A DNA stretch of 37,042 nucleotides from Promethearchaeota archaeon (GTDB lineage: Archaea; Asgardarchaeota; Thorarchaeia; Thorarchaeales; Thorarchaeaceae), in contig WJMJ01000142.1 of assembly GCA_014728035.1 (NCBI GenBank), forward strand, positions 1 to 37,042, written 5' to 3'. The position numbers and the translations under genes were made by a program. Every line of letters starts with the position of its first letter. The stretch's first letter is position 1. Under the pieces are notes generated by a model. The model did no database searches, had not been told where the DNA came from, and saw only the letters and a program-made list of their open reading frames with translations. Below are positions 8,323 through 18,791 of the stretch, in pieces.

Positions 8323-8901
8323 ATGCCCCGACCGAAGCCAAAAACCAAGATTGAAAACGTAGTAGCATCGGTCATTCTCAACCAGAGATTAGACCTGGAT
8401 GAGATTGCTGCAACTATGCCAAACGTAGAATTCGACCCAGAACAATTTCCCGGTCTTGTGTACCGATTGAAAAAACCAAAGACTGCCACGTTGATATTCA
8501 ACAGTGGAAAGATGGTATGTACAGGTGCAAAGAGCGAGAAAGAGGCAAAACGTGCAGTCCATAAGATCGTCAAAAATATTCGTGAAGCAGGTATCGAAAT
8601 TTCTGGCAAGCCAATTATTGTTGTTCAGAATATAGTTGCAAGTGCAAGTCTTGGAGCTGAACTGAACTTAGAATTAGCTGCTATGACCCTTGATAACACC
8701 CTTTACGAACCAGAGCAATTCCCAGGTCTTATTTACAGAATGAGAGACCCCAAAGTGGTCATTCTGCTCTTTGGTTCAGGAAAGCTCGTTATCACTGGAG
8801 CAAAGTTTGAACCACAAATCGATGAAGCTGCAGAGAAAGTAATGGACAGATTACTAGAATTAGATGTCATGCGAATACCTGAAGGCGAAGATTGGGACTA
8901 A
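8323..8901 (+). CDS. tbp: TATA-box-binding protein
   Basis: Two repeats IENVVAS...PEQFPGLVYR...LIFNSGKMVCTGAK and VQNIVAS...YEPEQFPGLIYR...LFGSGKLVITGAK; acidic tail. Confidence 0.98.
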   Translation: MPRPKPKTKIENVVASVILNQRLDLDEIAATMPNVEFDPEQFPGLVYRLKKPKTATLIFNSGKMVCTGAKSEKEAKRAVHKIVKNIREAGIEISGKPIIVVQNIVASASLGAELNLELAAMTLDNTLYEPEQFPGLIYRMRDPKVVILLFGSGKLVITGAKFEPQIDEAAEKVMDRLLELDVMRIPEGEDWD

Positions 8902-8919
8902 AACTAAAATTGAGGAATC

Positions 8920-8955
8920 AAGGGAGTAGCTAACTCCCTTTTTCCATTATTTTTC
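8920..8955 (+). terminator. Hairpin plus U-tract terminator of tbp
   Basis: AAGGGAGT-AGCTA-ACTCCCTT then TTTCCATTATTTTTC. Confidence 0.7.
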
Positions 8956-8973
8956 AAATAGTAGTTTCTTCAA

Positions 8974-10140
8974 CTAGAAGAATGAAAATCCTAATGGTGG
9001 AATTGATAAGATCAGGATAACCATTGCGAGAATGAATACTAATTTTCGACTGTTCGAAATTGGAATTGTGTCATTCAATGGACCAGGGTGTTCTCCACCT
9101 CTGCTTAATAAGAACACTAGAATTGCCATCAAGAAGAAACCAAGGAGAAACATAATTGCAATAGCTGCGTATCCGATGTATTTGTGTTGATCAGAGTCTA
9201 CAACAGCTCTTAATGCATGACCTCCATCAAGTTGACTTGCAGGGAAGAGATTCAATGCAGTGATAAGGCAACCAACCCAACCAGCAAAAGCTACTGGATG
9301 AAGATAGACCGTACCACCTGCAGGAATAACATCCTGAAACATCATCTCAAGCATTACAAAAATGAAAGGTACTGGAAGAGATCCGGTCATATTTGGGAAC
9401 GCCTCCTCTATTGCAGTCAACTGCTCACCAGTAACAGGTACAGACATAAAAAAGCCAGAAAATAACACAACCAAGGTGATTGCAAATCCTGCAAGTGGTC
9501 CCGCCACTCCAAGGTCATAGAGGTCTCGAAGGGTCTTTGGTGGACTCTTTTGCTGAATAAAAGCTCCAAAAGTCCCACCTAATTCAGGTAGTCCTGGTAT
9601 GAAATATGGCAAAGTAGCTTCTATTCCCCTATTCTGTGCGGTTAGATAATGGCCCATTTCATGTGTAAATATGATTCCCATGATTGATGCCATGAATATG
9701 ATGGTAGTAAAGAGAACATCAAACATACTCCATCCACTAGGATAGAATAAAGTAAGAAATACAGGACTTGTTGCTTGGAGAAATCCACCAATTGCCATCG
9801 TAGCTAAGGTTGCAACGAAGAGAATATAGTTTGTAGAAGGGTCACTCTTCTCTTGTGTTTCTATAGGCACAAAACGGATATAGTACTCACCTTCATCCTT
9901 GTTTCTCCATCGAACCAATGCCCAAGAATGTAGTTTTTCAGCCCTATACTCTAGTTCATCAAAGACTTCTTGCTGACGGCCTCGAGAAGGAATTTGACCT
10001 TCTTTCCAACGAACTATGAATGTGGGCATTCCATGCTCTAACACATTATGGAGGATTTCAAACCATTGGGTTAGAATATTACTTAGCTCGGTGAAGGTTG
10101 GATAACTAATAACTCTTCGATCATAGTTGTCTAGTGACAA
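8974..10140 (-). CDS. Site-2 protease (M50 intramembrane metalloprotease)
   Basis: HEMGH zinc motif, AGPLAG, LNLFPASQLDGGH; likely TTG start at 10140 behind GGAGG. Confidence 0.92.
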   Translation of the reverse strand: MSLDNYDRRVISYPTFTELSNILTQWFEILHNVLEHGMPTFIVRWKEGQIPSRGRQQEVFDELEYRAEKLHSWALVRWRNKDEGEYYIRFVPIETQEKSDPSTNYILFVATLATMAIGGFLQATSPVFLTLFYPSGWSMFDVLFTTIIFMASIMGIIFTHEMGHYLTAQNRGIEATLPYFIPGLPELGGTFGAFIQQKSPPKTLRDLYDLGVAGPLAGFAITLVVLFSGFFMSVPVTGEQLTAIEEAFPNMTGSLPVPFIFVMLEMMFQDVIPAGGTVYLHPVAFAGWVGCLITALNLFPASQLDGGHALRAVVDSDQHKYIGYAAIAIMFLLGFFLMAILVFLLSRGGEHPGPLNDTIPISNSRKLVFILAMVILILSIPPLGFSFF

Positions 10141-10359
10141 ATCCTTGTTCCTCCAAGTATTATTCAGCCTTTGATTTAACTTCATTTAAGGCTATAGCCA
10201 AAGGCATTCTTGCTAACTATTAATGTAGAATGTCTAAATGTCGTATTTCAGTTGCATATATGTCGAAGCGCAATCAGCAAGTACAATAAGCATTCAAGAC
10301 ATAGTTGAAACGAGGAGTAGAAGAGGTAAAGCACATCGATAACAATCCTTGACATATCC

Positions 10360-11655
10360 ATGAAGGTGACCTTGCTGCAGATAATCGAACAGGACCCAAC
10401 ACTCCTACTACTTTCATTAGTTGCTATGACATTCTTTGCTGTTCTATCTACAATTGGAATCTATTTTTATTCATCAAAGAAAATTTACAGGTATTGGGCT
10501 ATATCAACGCTATTGTTCACTTTTGCATGGATCCCCTCAACTATTATTTACAACAATGTCTTCTATTTAGGAACGTTGGGTGATATTAGTATCAGAATCA
10601 CTGCAATATTCCTACTTCTCAGAGGCTTCGATTTCAAGCCGATGATGAAAATTGAAAGTAATAAAATCAGATTAATAGCATTCGGAATAATCTTGAGTAT
10701 TTACGCGGTTCTAGTAGGTTTCAATATACCTTCTGTATTATCCTCGACTATTGTTTTTCCATTGATGGGCATTGCAACATTCAATGCAGGAAACAAGATT
10801 CTCAACGTTATGGGTGAAACTCTATTGCAGAAGGTAACAGGGTATGCCTTCTATTTTTGGTCTGCTACATGTTTTATCTTAACAATTTATGCGATTTTTC
10901 CAGCAATATATCCGCTAACATATTTTCAGTCGATAGGACTTTCACTGACTAACATGATGCTTTTCCTAATGTATATAGAAGACACAAGAAGAGAAACAGA
11001 AGAATATCTCAACATATCACAGATTCTTGGGAGTCTATTGACTCATGATCTTAGAAACTACCTCAACATTGCATACTCCGCAGTAGAATTGGTTGAAGTT
11101 GAGGGCGATGAAAGTACTCGCTATATAACTATGGCACAAGAATCGCTAATCTCAGCGATGAAATTCATGGAGAATTCAAGAAATACAATCAGAAGTCTAT
11201 TTACTGGAAAAGTTCACAAACAAAATTTTGACCTGACACATATGCTTGAGGTTATCCGAAAACAAGTAACTAAGGAACACGACCTTGAAGAATCCTCAAT
11301 AATTCTGAAAACAAAATCAAAAACTATAATCAAAGAGTCAATTCTTGTGGAACAAATCGTTTGGAACATAGTAGACAATGCTGTTGTTCATGCAACGATA
11401 AACCCAGAAATTATCATGAGTATAGAGGAAACTGATAAAGTAATTCTAACAATCCAAGATAATGCTGGAGGAATTAGTGAGGAGATTAGAAGAAGTATCA
11501 ATGAAGGATCCTACGATTCAAATCTATTGGGAATAGGACTGAATATAATCATTCGTCTATCTCTGCTATTAGATATTGAGATAGAAATTCAGAATAATAT
11601 TGAAAATGAAAAGATTATAGGAAGCATTTTCAGACTGCATTTTCCAAACATATAG
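10360..11655 (+). CDS. Membrane-bound (about 7 TM) sensor histidine kinase
   Basis: H-box THDLRN, N-box NIVDNAVVH, DNAGGI, GIGL. Confidence 0.87.
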   Translation: MKVTLLQIIEQDPTLLLLSLVAMTFFAVLSTIGIYFYSSKKIYRYWAISTLLFTFAWIPSTIIYNNVFYLGTLGDISIRITAIFLLLRGFDFKPMMKIESNKIRLIAFGIILSIYAVLVGFNIPSVLSSTIVFPLMGIATFNAGNKILNVMGETLLQKVTGYAFYFWSATCFILTIYAIFPAIYPLTYFQSIGLSLTNMMLFLMYIEDTRRETEEYLNISQILGSLLTHDLRNYLNIAYSAVELVEVEGDESTRYITMAQESLISAMKFMENSRNTIRSLFTGKVHKQNFDLTHMLEVIRKQVTKEHDLEESSIILKTKSKTIIKESILVEQIVWNIVDNAVVHATINPEIIMSIEETDKVILTIQDNAGGISEEIRRSINEGSYDSNLLGIGLNIIIRLSLLLDIEIEIQNNIENEKIIGSIFRLHFPNI

Positions 11656-11657
11656 AA

Positions 11658-12938
11658 CTAATTGGAATGCTCAATTCCTCGTCTGTATGCATCTATTGCT
11701 TCATCATGCTTTCCTAGGTGTTCTAAAACTATACTCATTTGATACCAAGTTTGTGGCAATGAGTCATCAAGTTCCAAGGCAGTTTCTAATGCAACCTCAG
11801 CTTCTTCGTGTTTTTCCTGTTGTGACAAGGTAACTCCGAGATTATGCCATAGGTATGGTTCATCAGGACTATGCATCAAAGAAATCCGATGCGCTTCTTC
11901 TGCCTGTTTTAGTCCACCGATTTGTCCAAACAGAATTCCAAGATTCGACCAAGCAAAAGCATAGTTAGGATCGATTTTTACTGCCCTCTGATATAATCGT
12001 ACAGCATCGTCCAGCAATCCCATAGAATGGTAAAGAGCAGCAAGATTTGACCAGGCTTCAGCATTCTCCGGTTCATATGCTATTGCTTGCCTGAGAATTC
12101 TTGTTGAGTCATCTATTCGACCTTGCTTCATGTACAAAAGGCCCATTGAGATCATTGTCTCAACATGGAAAGGGGCTATATCCAAACACTTCAAAAATTC
12201 TTCTTCTGCACGATCGAGTTTATCCTGAGATAGATATACCATAGCAAGATGATAGCGTGCAGATACATTTCTCGAGTCAATATCTAAGGCTTTCTCATAC
12301 GCATGTTTGGATTCTAAGAAGCGACCTTCGCTAGCAAATAACTTACCCAAGTGAATCCAAGACTTGATATGAGTAGTATTATAACGAAGACACTTCTGAA
12401 ATGCCTCCTCCGCTTTCATATCGGAACCATGCGCTTGATAGAAGATACCCAGATTGAACCAAGCATTAGAATTCGTCCTATCGATTTCAACTGACCGATT
12501 CCAACAAAAAGCAGCAAGTTTAGGACGTTTTTTAGAATGTAGATGAACACCAAGACGAAACCAGGAACCACCATACCCGTCGATAGTAGCAATTGGTTCA
12601 TCATGGGTGAAATTTTGTTTACCCATAGCTATTGATGCCAAACGGGCACCGTATTTTGCCTCATAAAATTCAGGTATCATCTCTATTGCTTTCTGATAGG
12701 TATCATATGCTTTTTGAAATTGTAATGTTGCCATATGAAGAAAACCAAGATTGAACCATACCACAGGATTTGCTATATCCAGTTCAAGAGCGGATTCAAA
12801 GTTTCTTTCCGCATCTTCATACTGCCCTTTCTTAAAACACTGAAGTCCAAATTTGATGTATCTGGTTATTTGAGCTTGGACTTTATCAGGTTTCATTTCG
12901 TAATATCCCCGCCGTAAAATACAGTCTTCATGAAACAT
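11658..12938 (-). CDS. Tetratricopeptide repeat protein
   Basis: About 10 TPR units (AWFNLG, AWSNLA...YQRAVKIDP). Confidence 0.9.
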   Translation of the reverse strand: MFHEDCILRRGYYEMKPDKVQAQITRYIKFGLQCFKKGQYEDAERNFESALELDIANPVVWFNLGFLHMATLQFQKAYDTYQKAIEMIPEFYEAKYGARLASIAMGKQNFTHDEPIATIDGYGGSWFRLGVHLHSKKRPKLAAFCWNRSVEIDRTNSNAWFNLGIFYQAHGSDMKAEEAFQKCLRYNTTHIKSWIHLGKLFASEGRFLESKHAYEKALDIDSRNVSARYHLAMVYLSQDKLDRAEEEFLKCLDIAPFHVETMISMGLLYMKQGRIDDSTRILRQAIAYEPENAEAWSNLAALYHSMGLLDDAVRLYQRAVKIDPNYAFAWSNLGILFGQIGGLKQAEEAHRISLMHSPDEPYLWHNLGVTLSQQEKHEEAEVALETALELDDSLPQTWYQMSIVLEHLGKHDEAIDAYRRGIEHSN

Positions 12939-12963
12939 ATATTGGTTTTTTGATATACCATCC

Positions 12964-14874
12964 TTACCTTTTATACTCAGAAGCTATTTTGTATGCAGAA
13001 TGAATTGTGGACAGAAGATTCATCGCATTGTTATTTTCCGTCAGGAAGATAAAATCCAAATCGAGTTTTTCAAGACCCGTTGCTAATCGATCAATTCGTT
13101 CCAAGCTCCCAGCTACAATCAAAGTATCTGCTAGAAGCATTGATGTACTGCCATCACGACTTAGCATGAGATAATTTCCAGTGTATTGATTCACATCAAC
13201 CTCCTTTTGAATTACTACATTCATCTCTTCTAGAGCTTTAATGAAAATCCATCTAGATGTAAGACCTATGTCATCTCCAATTCTAGAACTCGATTCAATA
13301 ATCTGCACACTATCAGAACGTGATATAGCAAAAAGTGCTGCACTGCATCCCAAATGGTTTCCACCAAGTATAACAGTTTGACCCAGATGTATATTCTGAT
13401 TTTCTAACAAGTCGATAACTGACAAAACTTTTGGAGATTCCAAACCCTCAATCTCAGGTAGAACGGGAATGAATCCAGTAGCTAAGAATATTGAATCGTA
13501 TTGTCCTTGCTCAAGCATCTCAGCAGTACAAGGTGAGTTGAGATGTATTTTCACTCCTAGGCGTTTCAATTCTCTTTTCATATATGTAATGTATGACAGA
13601 AACTCTCCTCGTTTTGGAGTTCTAGCAGCAAATCTCAAAAGCCCACCAATCTGTTTTCTCGATTCAAAAAGATGAACTTCAAATCCTCTTTCAGCTAATA
13701 CACGTGCTGCTTCGAGACCAGAAGGGCCCGCACCAACAACTGCGATCTTTTCTGATGAATCTGTATACGGGATAGATCGTACATTTTCAAAACTTGCTTC
13801 GGCATTAAGAATGCATGTGACTGGTTTATTTAGAAAAACTCTGTCAAGACATCCTTGATTACAAGCAACACAAGGGCGAATGATCTTGGTTCTACCAGTT
13901 CTAACCTTCTCAGGAAAAGCTGGGTCTGCGATAAAAGCTCGAGACATTCCAATGAGATCCACTTTGCCACGGGATAGTATTTTTTCTGCAATTGTCGGAC
14001 TGTTAATACGATTGCAAGCAATTACTGGAATATCAACAACTTCGGCAAGACCCTCAGCTAGATATGCATAATGACCACGGGGCACATCCATTGTAATCTG
14101 AGGAACTCTGGTCTCATGCCATCCTCCTGTAACATCCAGAATATCAACACCAGCCTCAACCAGCTGTGGAACGAGAATTTTGTTGTCGTCAAGAGTAACA
14201 CCTTCTGGGATAAAATCTTCTCCACTTATCCGGTACATAACTGGATAAGAGGGGCCAACTGCTTTTCTTACAGCATAGACTACTTCAAGAGGAAATTTCG
14301 CACGAGATTGAAAGTCTCCACCATATTCGTCATCACGCTTGTTGGTCGCCTTGGCTAAGAATTGATTCAGAATATATCCGGCAGAACCTAATATCTCAAC
14401 CGCATCAAATCCTGCTTTCTTCGCTCTCTTCGCAGCCAAACCAAAATTCCGTATTGTGTTCTCAATCTCATCAATATTCAATGCACGAGGTGTTTCACGT
14501 GTTAGTCTACATTTTACAGCAGATGCTGATACTGCTTGTTCTCCTATTACTAGAGAATGAGTATATCTACCTGCATGATAGAGTTGAGCAGCAACTGGAA
14601 CTCCAAATTGATGAATGGAATCCACTAATCTTCCTAAACCCGATATATGCGCATCATTACTTATTCCTACCATACTGGGGCTACTCATTCCCAGATGTTC
14701 TGTGAAACAACCCCCAACAATAATTAATCCTGGTTGATACTTTGCGCGTTCTTGATAAAACCGAACCAACCTATCGGAAACGAAACCTTCTTCACAATAC
14801 CCCAGATGAGTCGCTAGAAAGACCATCCGGTTTCTTAGTGGAAGAAGTTCTTCAAGAGGTTCGAGAAGTTTCAA
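12964..14874 (-). CDS. fadH: NADPH-dependent 2,4-dienoyl-CoA reductase-like (OYE barrel, 4Fe-4S, FAD)
   Basis: AQLYHAGR, GSAGY, GGWHE, CVACNQGC...C cluster motif, GAGPSGLEAA. Confidence 0.8.
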   Translation of the reverse strand: MKLLEPLEELLPLRNRMVFLATHLGYCEEGFVSDRLVRFYQERAKYQPGLIIVGGCFTEHLGMSSPSMVGISNDAHISGLGRLVDSIHQFGVPVAAQLYHAGRYTHSLVIGEQAVSASAVKCRLTRETPRALNIDEIENTIRNFGLAAKRAKKAGFDAVEILGSAGYILNQFLAKATNKRDDEYGGDFQSRAKFPLEVVYAVRKAVGPSYPVMYRISGEDFIPEGVTLDDNKILVPQLVEAGVDILDVTGGWHETRVPQITMDVPRGHYAYLAEGLAEVVDIPVIACNRINSPTIAEKILSRGKVDLIGMSRAFIADPAFPEKVRTGRTKIIRPCVACNQGCLDRVFLNKPVTCILNAEASFENVRSIPYTDSSEKIAVVGAGPSGLEAARVLAERGFEVHLFESRKQIGGLLRFAARTPKRGEFLSYITYMKRELKRLGVKIHLNSPCTAEMLEQGQYDSIFLATGFIPVLPEIEGLESPKVLSVIDLLENQNIHLGQTVILGGNHLGCSAALFAISRSDSVQIIESSSRIGDDIGLTSRWIFIKALEEMNVVIQKEVDVNQYTGNYLMLSRDGSTSMLLADTLIVAGSLERIDRLATGLEKLDLDFIFLTENNNAMNLLSTIHSAYKIASEYKR

Positions 14875-14970
14875 ATTAGTTGCACTCCATTAAAAGAATA
14901 ATGTTGATTTCAACTCATATAGTTGCTTGTTATCTATAACGTAAAAGTAACCATAAGATGTATATACCAT

Positions 14971-14986
14971 ATTAACAATGGTTAAT
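14971..14986. promoter_or_regulatory. TWAAC-N4-GTTWA palindrome at the PCD-ferredoxin start
   Basis: ATTAACAATGGTTAAT, between TATATA (14961-14966) and ATG 14988. Confidence 0.5.
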
Positions 14987-14987
14987 T

Positions 14988-15347
14988 ATGACTACTCGTG
15001 ATGACCTTGTATCTAAGACATGCATTCCATGTAAAGGGGATATACCTCCACTAAAAGATTGGAAAATATCAGAAATGATGAATATTGTTACTGGATGGAA
15101 ACTGATAACTAGTGGACCAGATAAAATTGAAAAATCTTACAAATTTGAAGATTTCAAGGAATCAATGAAATTTGTAAATGAAGTAGCTGAGCTAGCAGAA
15201 AAAGAAGGACACCATCCAGACATCTCAATCCATTGGAATAAAGTAACTTTGACCTTGTGGACTCATGCAATAGACGGTCTGCATGAAAACGATTTCATCA
15301 TGGCGGCAAAGATTGATGACCTGCTCGATGACGAATCTAGCGAATAA
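14988..15347 (+). CDS. phhB: Pterin-4-alpha-carbinolamine dehydratase
   Basis: AEKEGHHPDI...WTH...GLHENDFIMAAKID; N-terminal CIPC. Confidence 0.93.
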   Translation: MTTRDDLVSKTCIPCKGDIPPLKDWKISEMMNIVTGWKLITSGPDKIEKSYKFEDFKESMKFVNEVAELAEKEGHHPDISIHWNKVTLTLWTHAIDGLHENDFIMAAKIDDLLDDESSE

Positions 15348-15382
15348 GTTGAAATAAAAGTGACGAATTCTCAACAATTCAC

Positions 15383-16198
15383 ATGGGATCACCATTTTGG
15401 TTCGTTCAAATAATTTTGAAGACATTCAGACAAGTAATTAATATCGCGAAACTCACTAATGCTCCATTAATCGGGAGGATTATTGACTACGCATTATTTG
15501 AAGGAGACGATATTACATATCTCCCAAAGGATGTATTAATACCAATCAATACGCAACTAGATCTACCTCAGAGTGAAGTAGTTCCATCGCAAATCCTTGA
15601 AGCATTTCTTGACAAAGCTGAATATATTTTCCTCATGAATTTTTGTCCTTGTAGAACTTCAAAGGATTGTGATGAACATCCACAAGATCTAGGATGTATT
15701 TTTATGGGAAAAGCAGCCGCAGACATTAATCCTCAGTTGGGACGGCTAGTTTCTGCTGAAACTGCCAAAAAACATCTCAAGAAATGTCGGGATGCGGGTC
15801 TAGTGCATATGATTGGAAGGCAGAAATTGGATGCAGTTTGGTTGAATGTTGGACCAATTGAAAACCTCCTAAGTATCTGCAATTGTTGTGCATGCTGTTG
15901 CCTTTGGCGAGTTATACCACACATACACCCAAAGATATCAAAGAAAATCAAAAGGATTGGGGGTCTTACAATAGAAATCACAGATGACTGTATAGGTTGC
16001 AGAGCTTGTATTGAAGCAGGTTGTTTTGCAGATGCTATCCGAATAATCGATGGAAAAGTAGTTATCACGGATGAATGTAGGGGTTGTGGTAGGTGTGTTG
16101 AAATTTGTCCTCAATCAGCAATTAAGTTGAGATTTGATGAATCTGATTATATTCAGAAAACTATTGCAAAAATCGATTTGATAGTTGACATAGATTAG
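15383..16198 (+). CDS. Multi-Cys 4Fe-4S ferredoxin-domain protein
   Basis: CPCRTSKDC, ICNCCACCC, CIGCRAC and CRGCGRCVEICP motifs. Confidence 0.85.
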   Translation: MGSPFWFVQIILKTFRQVINIAKLTNAPLIGRIIDYALFEGDDITYLPKDVLIPINTQLDLPQSEVVPSQILEAFLDKAEYIFLMNFCPCRTSKDCDEHPQDLGCIFMGKAAADINPQLGRLVSAETAKKHLKKCRDAGLVHMIGRQKLDAVWLNVGPIENLLSICNCCACCCLWRVIPHIHPKISKKIKRIGGLTIEITDDCIGCRACIEAGCFADAIRIIDGKVVITDECRGCGRCVEICPQSAIKLRFDESDYIQKTIAKIDLIVDID

Positions 16199-16283
16199 TT
16201 CCTGATTCAAGAGTAAGTGAAATATAGCTCTATTGTAATAAGATATACAGTTATCATTTGGATTGCGACAAGAAAGATAGGAT

Positions 16284-17159
16284 ATGGCAAATATGACTTC
16301 GACTTCAAATAGAATCAAAACCAGTTTTCAGGTTTGGAAAGATAATTTTCTAAAATTTGTCCTTGCTGAAATCTCCATGGCTATAATTATTGGCATTGTA
16401 TTCACAGCATTCAGTATGGTAGTGGCAATTGGGATAGTTATAATCAACCCAGCAATATCATTGTTAGACGCATTCTTGAACTATCTTACTTCATGGTGGC
16501 CAATACTCACACAAGGAGATATCACTTTACTTTTGCCAAGCTTAATCATAGCTATTATCATACCATTGTATGCAATTGGGGTTTGGTTTGTATTTCCAGT
16601 TTACGGATTGGTCAAGTCGATTCTTTTTGATGAAAGTGATTTTCCCAAGAAACCTTTGGAATGGCTTAAGCAGGGAAAAGAAAAATACTTGATAACAGGA
16701 GTTATTCTTTCATTATTATCTTTGGCACCAGGAAGCATCACTGTGATTCTCTTAACCGAGCTATTTGGATACCCTGTGGGATACCCACTTGATTGGATTA
16801 TTGGGTTTATTGGTATTGGTATCTTTTTCGTTATGATGGGACTATTGATGATGTATGTTCCTAGTGTAATTTCTGGAAAAGGTCCGATTTCTGGTCTGAA
16901 AAACTCCATTAGACTCGTTATACAGAATGTCAAAGATGTGTTCTCTATGTGGATATTCTATCTCTTTATGCTAATAATCTGGTTTATCCCTATAGTGATT
17001 CACGCATTCATATTTGGATTCTCAGTACCAGGAACAGATCCATTTCAGAGTTTTCTTGTTGCAATAGCAGGACTCGGAGCATTTCTGGATGGATTTGTAG
17101 TTCTCCCAATGATGATTGTGGGAATGTCCCATCTCTATGATGAAATTCAAACAAAATAA
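16284..17159 (+). CDS. Hypothetical multi-pass membrane protein
   Basis: About 6 TM; GPISGLKNSIRLV loop; ends SHLYDE. Confidence 0.7.
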   Translation: MANMTSTSNRIKTSFQVWKDNFLKFVLAEISMAIIIGIVFTAFSMVVAIGIVIINPAISLLDAFLNYLTSWWPILTQGDITLLLPSLIIAIIIPLYAIGVWFVFPVYGLVKSILFDESDFPKKPLEWLKQGKEKYLITGVILSLLSLAPGSITVILLTELFGYPVGYPLDWIIGFIGIGIFFVMMGLLMMYVPSVISGKGPISGLKNSIRLVIQNVKDVFSMWIFYLFMLIIWFIPIVIHAFIFGFSVPGTDPFQSFLVAIAGLGAFLDGFVVLPMMIVGMSHLYDEIQTK

Positions 17160-17191
17160 GAAGAAAATGGTGGAGAAGAACTCTCCACCGT
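17150..17191 (-). terminator. Hairpin plus U-tract terminator of the lactate permease
   Basis: Minus strand GGTGGAGA-GTTCT-TCTCCACC then ATTTTCTTCTTATTTTG. Confidence 0.7.
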
Positions 17192-17196
17192 CATTG

Positions 17197-18789
17197 CTAA
17201 AGAAAAGCCCATATCATCGTCATTATTGCCACCGCAGCAGTCATGATAACAGCTACTACTGCACCATATCTAATGACCTCTCCTTCAATACCAATCTCAT
17301 CAATTACAGCTGCTGCATTTTGTATTTTTGCTGGACTGAGTACACTAGCGAGACCCCCACCGATTCCGTTTGATGCTGAAACTACAACAGGATTTGCTCC
17401 AATCAGAGAACTCGTGGTATAGTGATAATCAGTAAACATTGCAATCGCAGAAGTTTCAGAACCTGAGATGAATCCTCCAAGCAGGCCTAGAAATGCAGCT
17501 GTGAGAGGGTATGCAATCCCGATAGTGCTTGAAGTTGCAGTAGCCAGAACGTAAATCATATTATTGGAATTTTCAACCAATGTCCAAACTCCACCAACCC
17601 AAACATATCCACTTTTGACCATCACTTCAGCCATCGCGAAAAAGATTGCAGCTGCTAAAACTGGTCTTGGAGCACGAGACATGAATTTTTTGAAAGTCCT
17701 GCTTAGAACCTCTTTATCAGTTTTGAAAAATGGCATTGCGACTAATGTGGATATCAGCATCAATGTATATGCCTGCCAGAAGAATCTTGTTGGAATGGCA
17801 GCGGTTCCAGGAATAGCTATTGGTAATGCGAGATCAACGAATAGAAAATCTCGAATGGGTATAATGATATTCGTAGCCAAACAAAGGATTACTAGTATCA
17901 CCCAAGGAATACTCGCGCGTTTAAGGTCCATGTTTCTTTCGACTTCCAAATCTTTCTCGTCCAAAATGCTTCTATCAATGAACGAACGTTTTCGTACACG
18001 AGTATAGACGAATAAAATGCCCATCACCGCAGCTCCAGCAAATACATTGGTAAGTGTGGTCAGATTAACAAATTGAAGATTCATGACTATTGCAATACCC
18101 CCAGCTGTAACACCACAAATCAATGCTAGAAGAAGACCTTCTCTGTCTTTGAGCATTTCCTTTCCACCAGCTATCCAAAGCATAGAGATAGCAATACCGG
18201 TTGTAATAACTGGCATGTACATTGCAAACACACTCCCGGCCTCCCAAAGTGCAATATTCGTTCCAGCAGAAGCATTGAAGACATCTGTGAAAACCACAGC
18301 TGGTACACCTAATAGTGCAAATGTTGTTAGAGGGTCATAACCGATTGAGGGGAGTGCTACAGCAACTAAGGGATTGAATCCTAGCGCGAGCATAACTGGT
18401 GGTAACATAGAGACCGGAGTTGCCCCAATCCCTACCAAGAACAGACCAAGACCCAGGCTGATTAGCATTATTTGCATTGGTCTGCTTCCACCACCAAGCG
18501 TTTTGAAGAATACAATCAAACGTTGCAAAGCTCCTGTTTCTTGCATCCAAGTAATCATAAGAATTGAGGTTGCCACCATTAATGAAATTGGAAAGGATCG
18601 TACGATACCTGCAAAACTTGCTAGTAGTGCGATTCCAGGATCAGTCTGAAAAGCTATGATAGCTATTAGCAGTGTCACAAACCATACAACTACACCTGTA
18701 GTGTCAGCTGCTTTCTTCAAGAATACAAGCATTATGAATGCCAAGATAATGGGCAAAATAATGAGCAATAATGCAATTGTTGGTTCCAT
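17197..18789 (-). CDS. lctP: L-lactate/glycolate permease (LctP family)
   Basis: 530-aa polytopic protein; GLLGGFISGSETSAIAMF, SPAKIQNAAA, EGEVIR motifs. Confidence 0.8.
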   Translation of the reverse strand: MEPTIALLLIILPIILAFIMLVFLKKAADTTGVVVWFVTLLIAIIAFQTDPGIALLASFAGIVRSFPISLMVATSILMITWMQETGALQRLIVFFKTLGGGSRPMQIMLISLGLGLFLVGIGATPVSMLPPVMLALGFNPLVAVALPSIGYDPLTTFALLGVPAVVFTDVFNASAGTNIALWEAGSVFAMYMPVITTGIAISMLWIAGGKEMLKDREGLLLALICGVTAGGIAIVMNLQFVNLTTLTNVFAGAAVMGILFVYTRVRKRSFIDRSILDEKDLEVERNMDLKRASIPWVILVILCLATNIIIPIRDFLFVDLALPIAIPGTAAIPTRFFWQAYTLMLISTLVAMPFFKTDKEVLSRTFKKFMSRAPRPVLAAAIFFAMAEVMVKSGYVWVGGVWTLVENSNNMIYVLATATSSTIGIAYPLTAAFLGLLGGFISGSETSAIAMFTDYHYTTSSLIGANPVVVSASNGIGGGLASVLSPAKIQNAAAVIDEIGIEGEVIRYGAVVAVIMTAAVAIMTMIWAFL

Positions 18790-18791
18790 GG

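Noticed and set aside
8235-8609. Antisense ORFs (also 17564-18007, 25968-26513, 34538-35023 and other short overlaps)
   Set aside because: Shadows of well-supported opposite-strand genes with no motifs.
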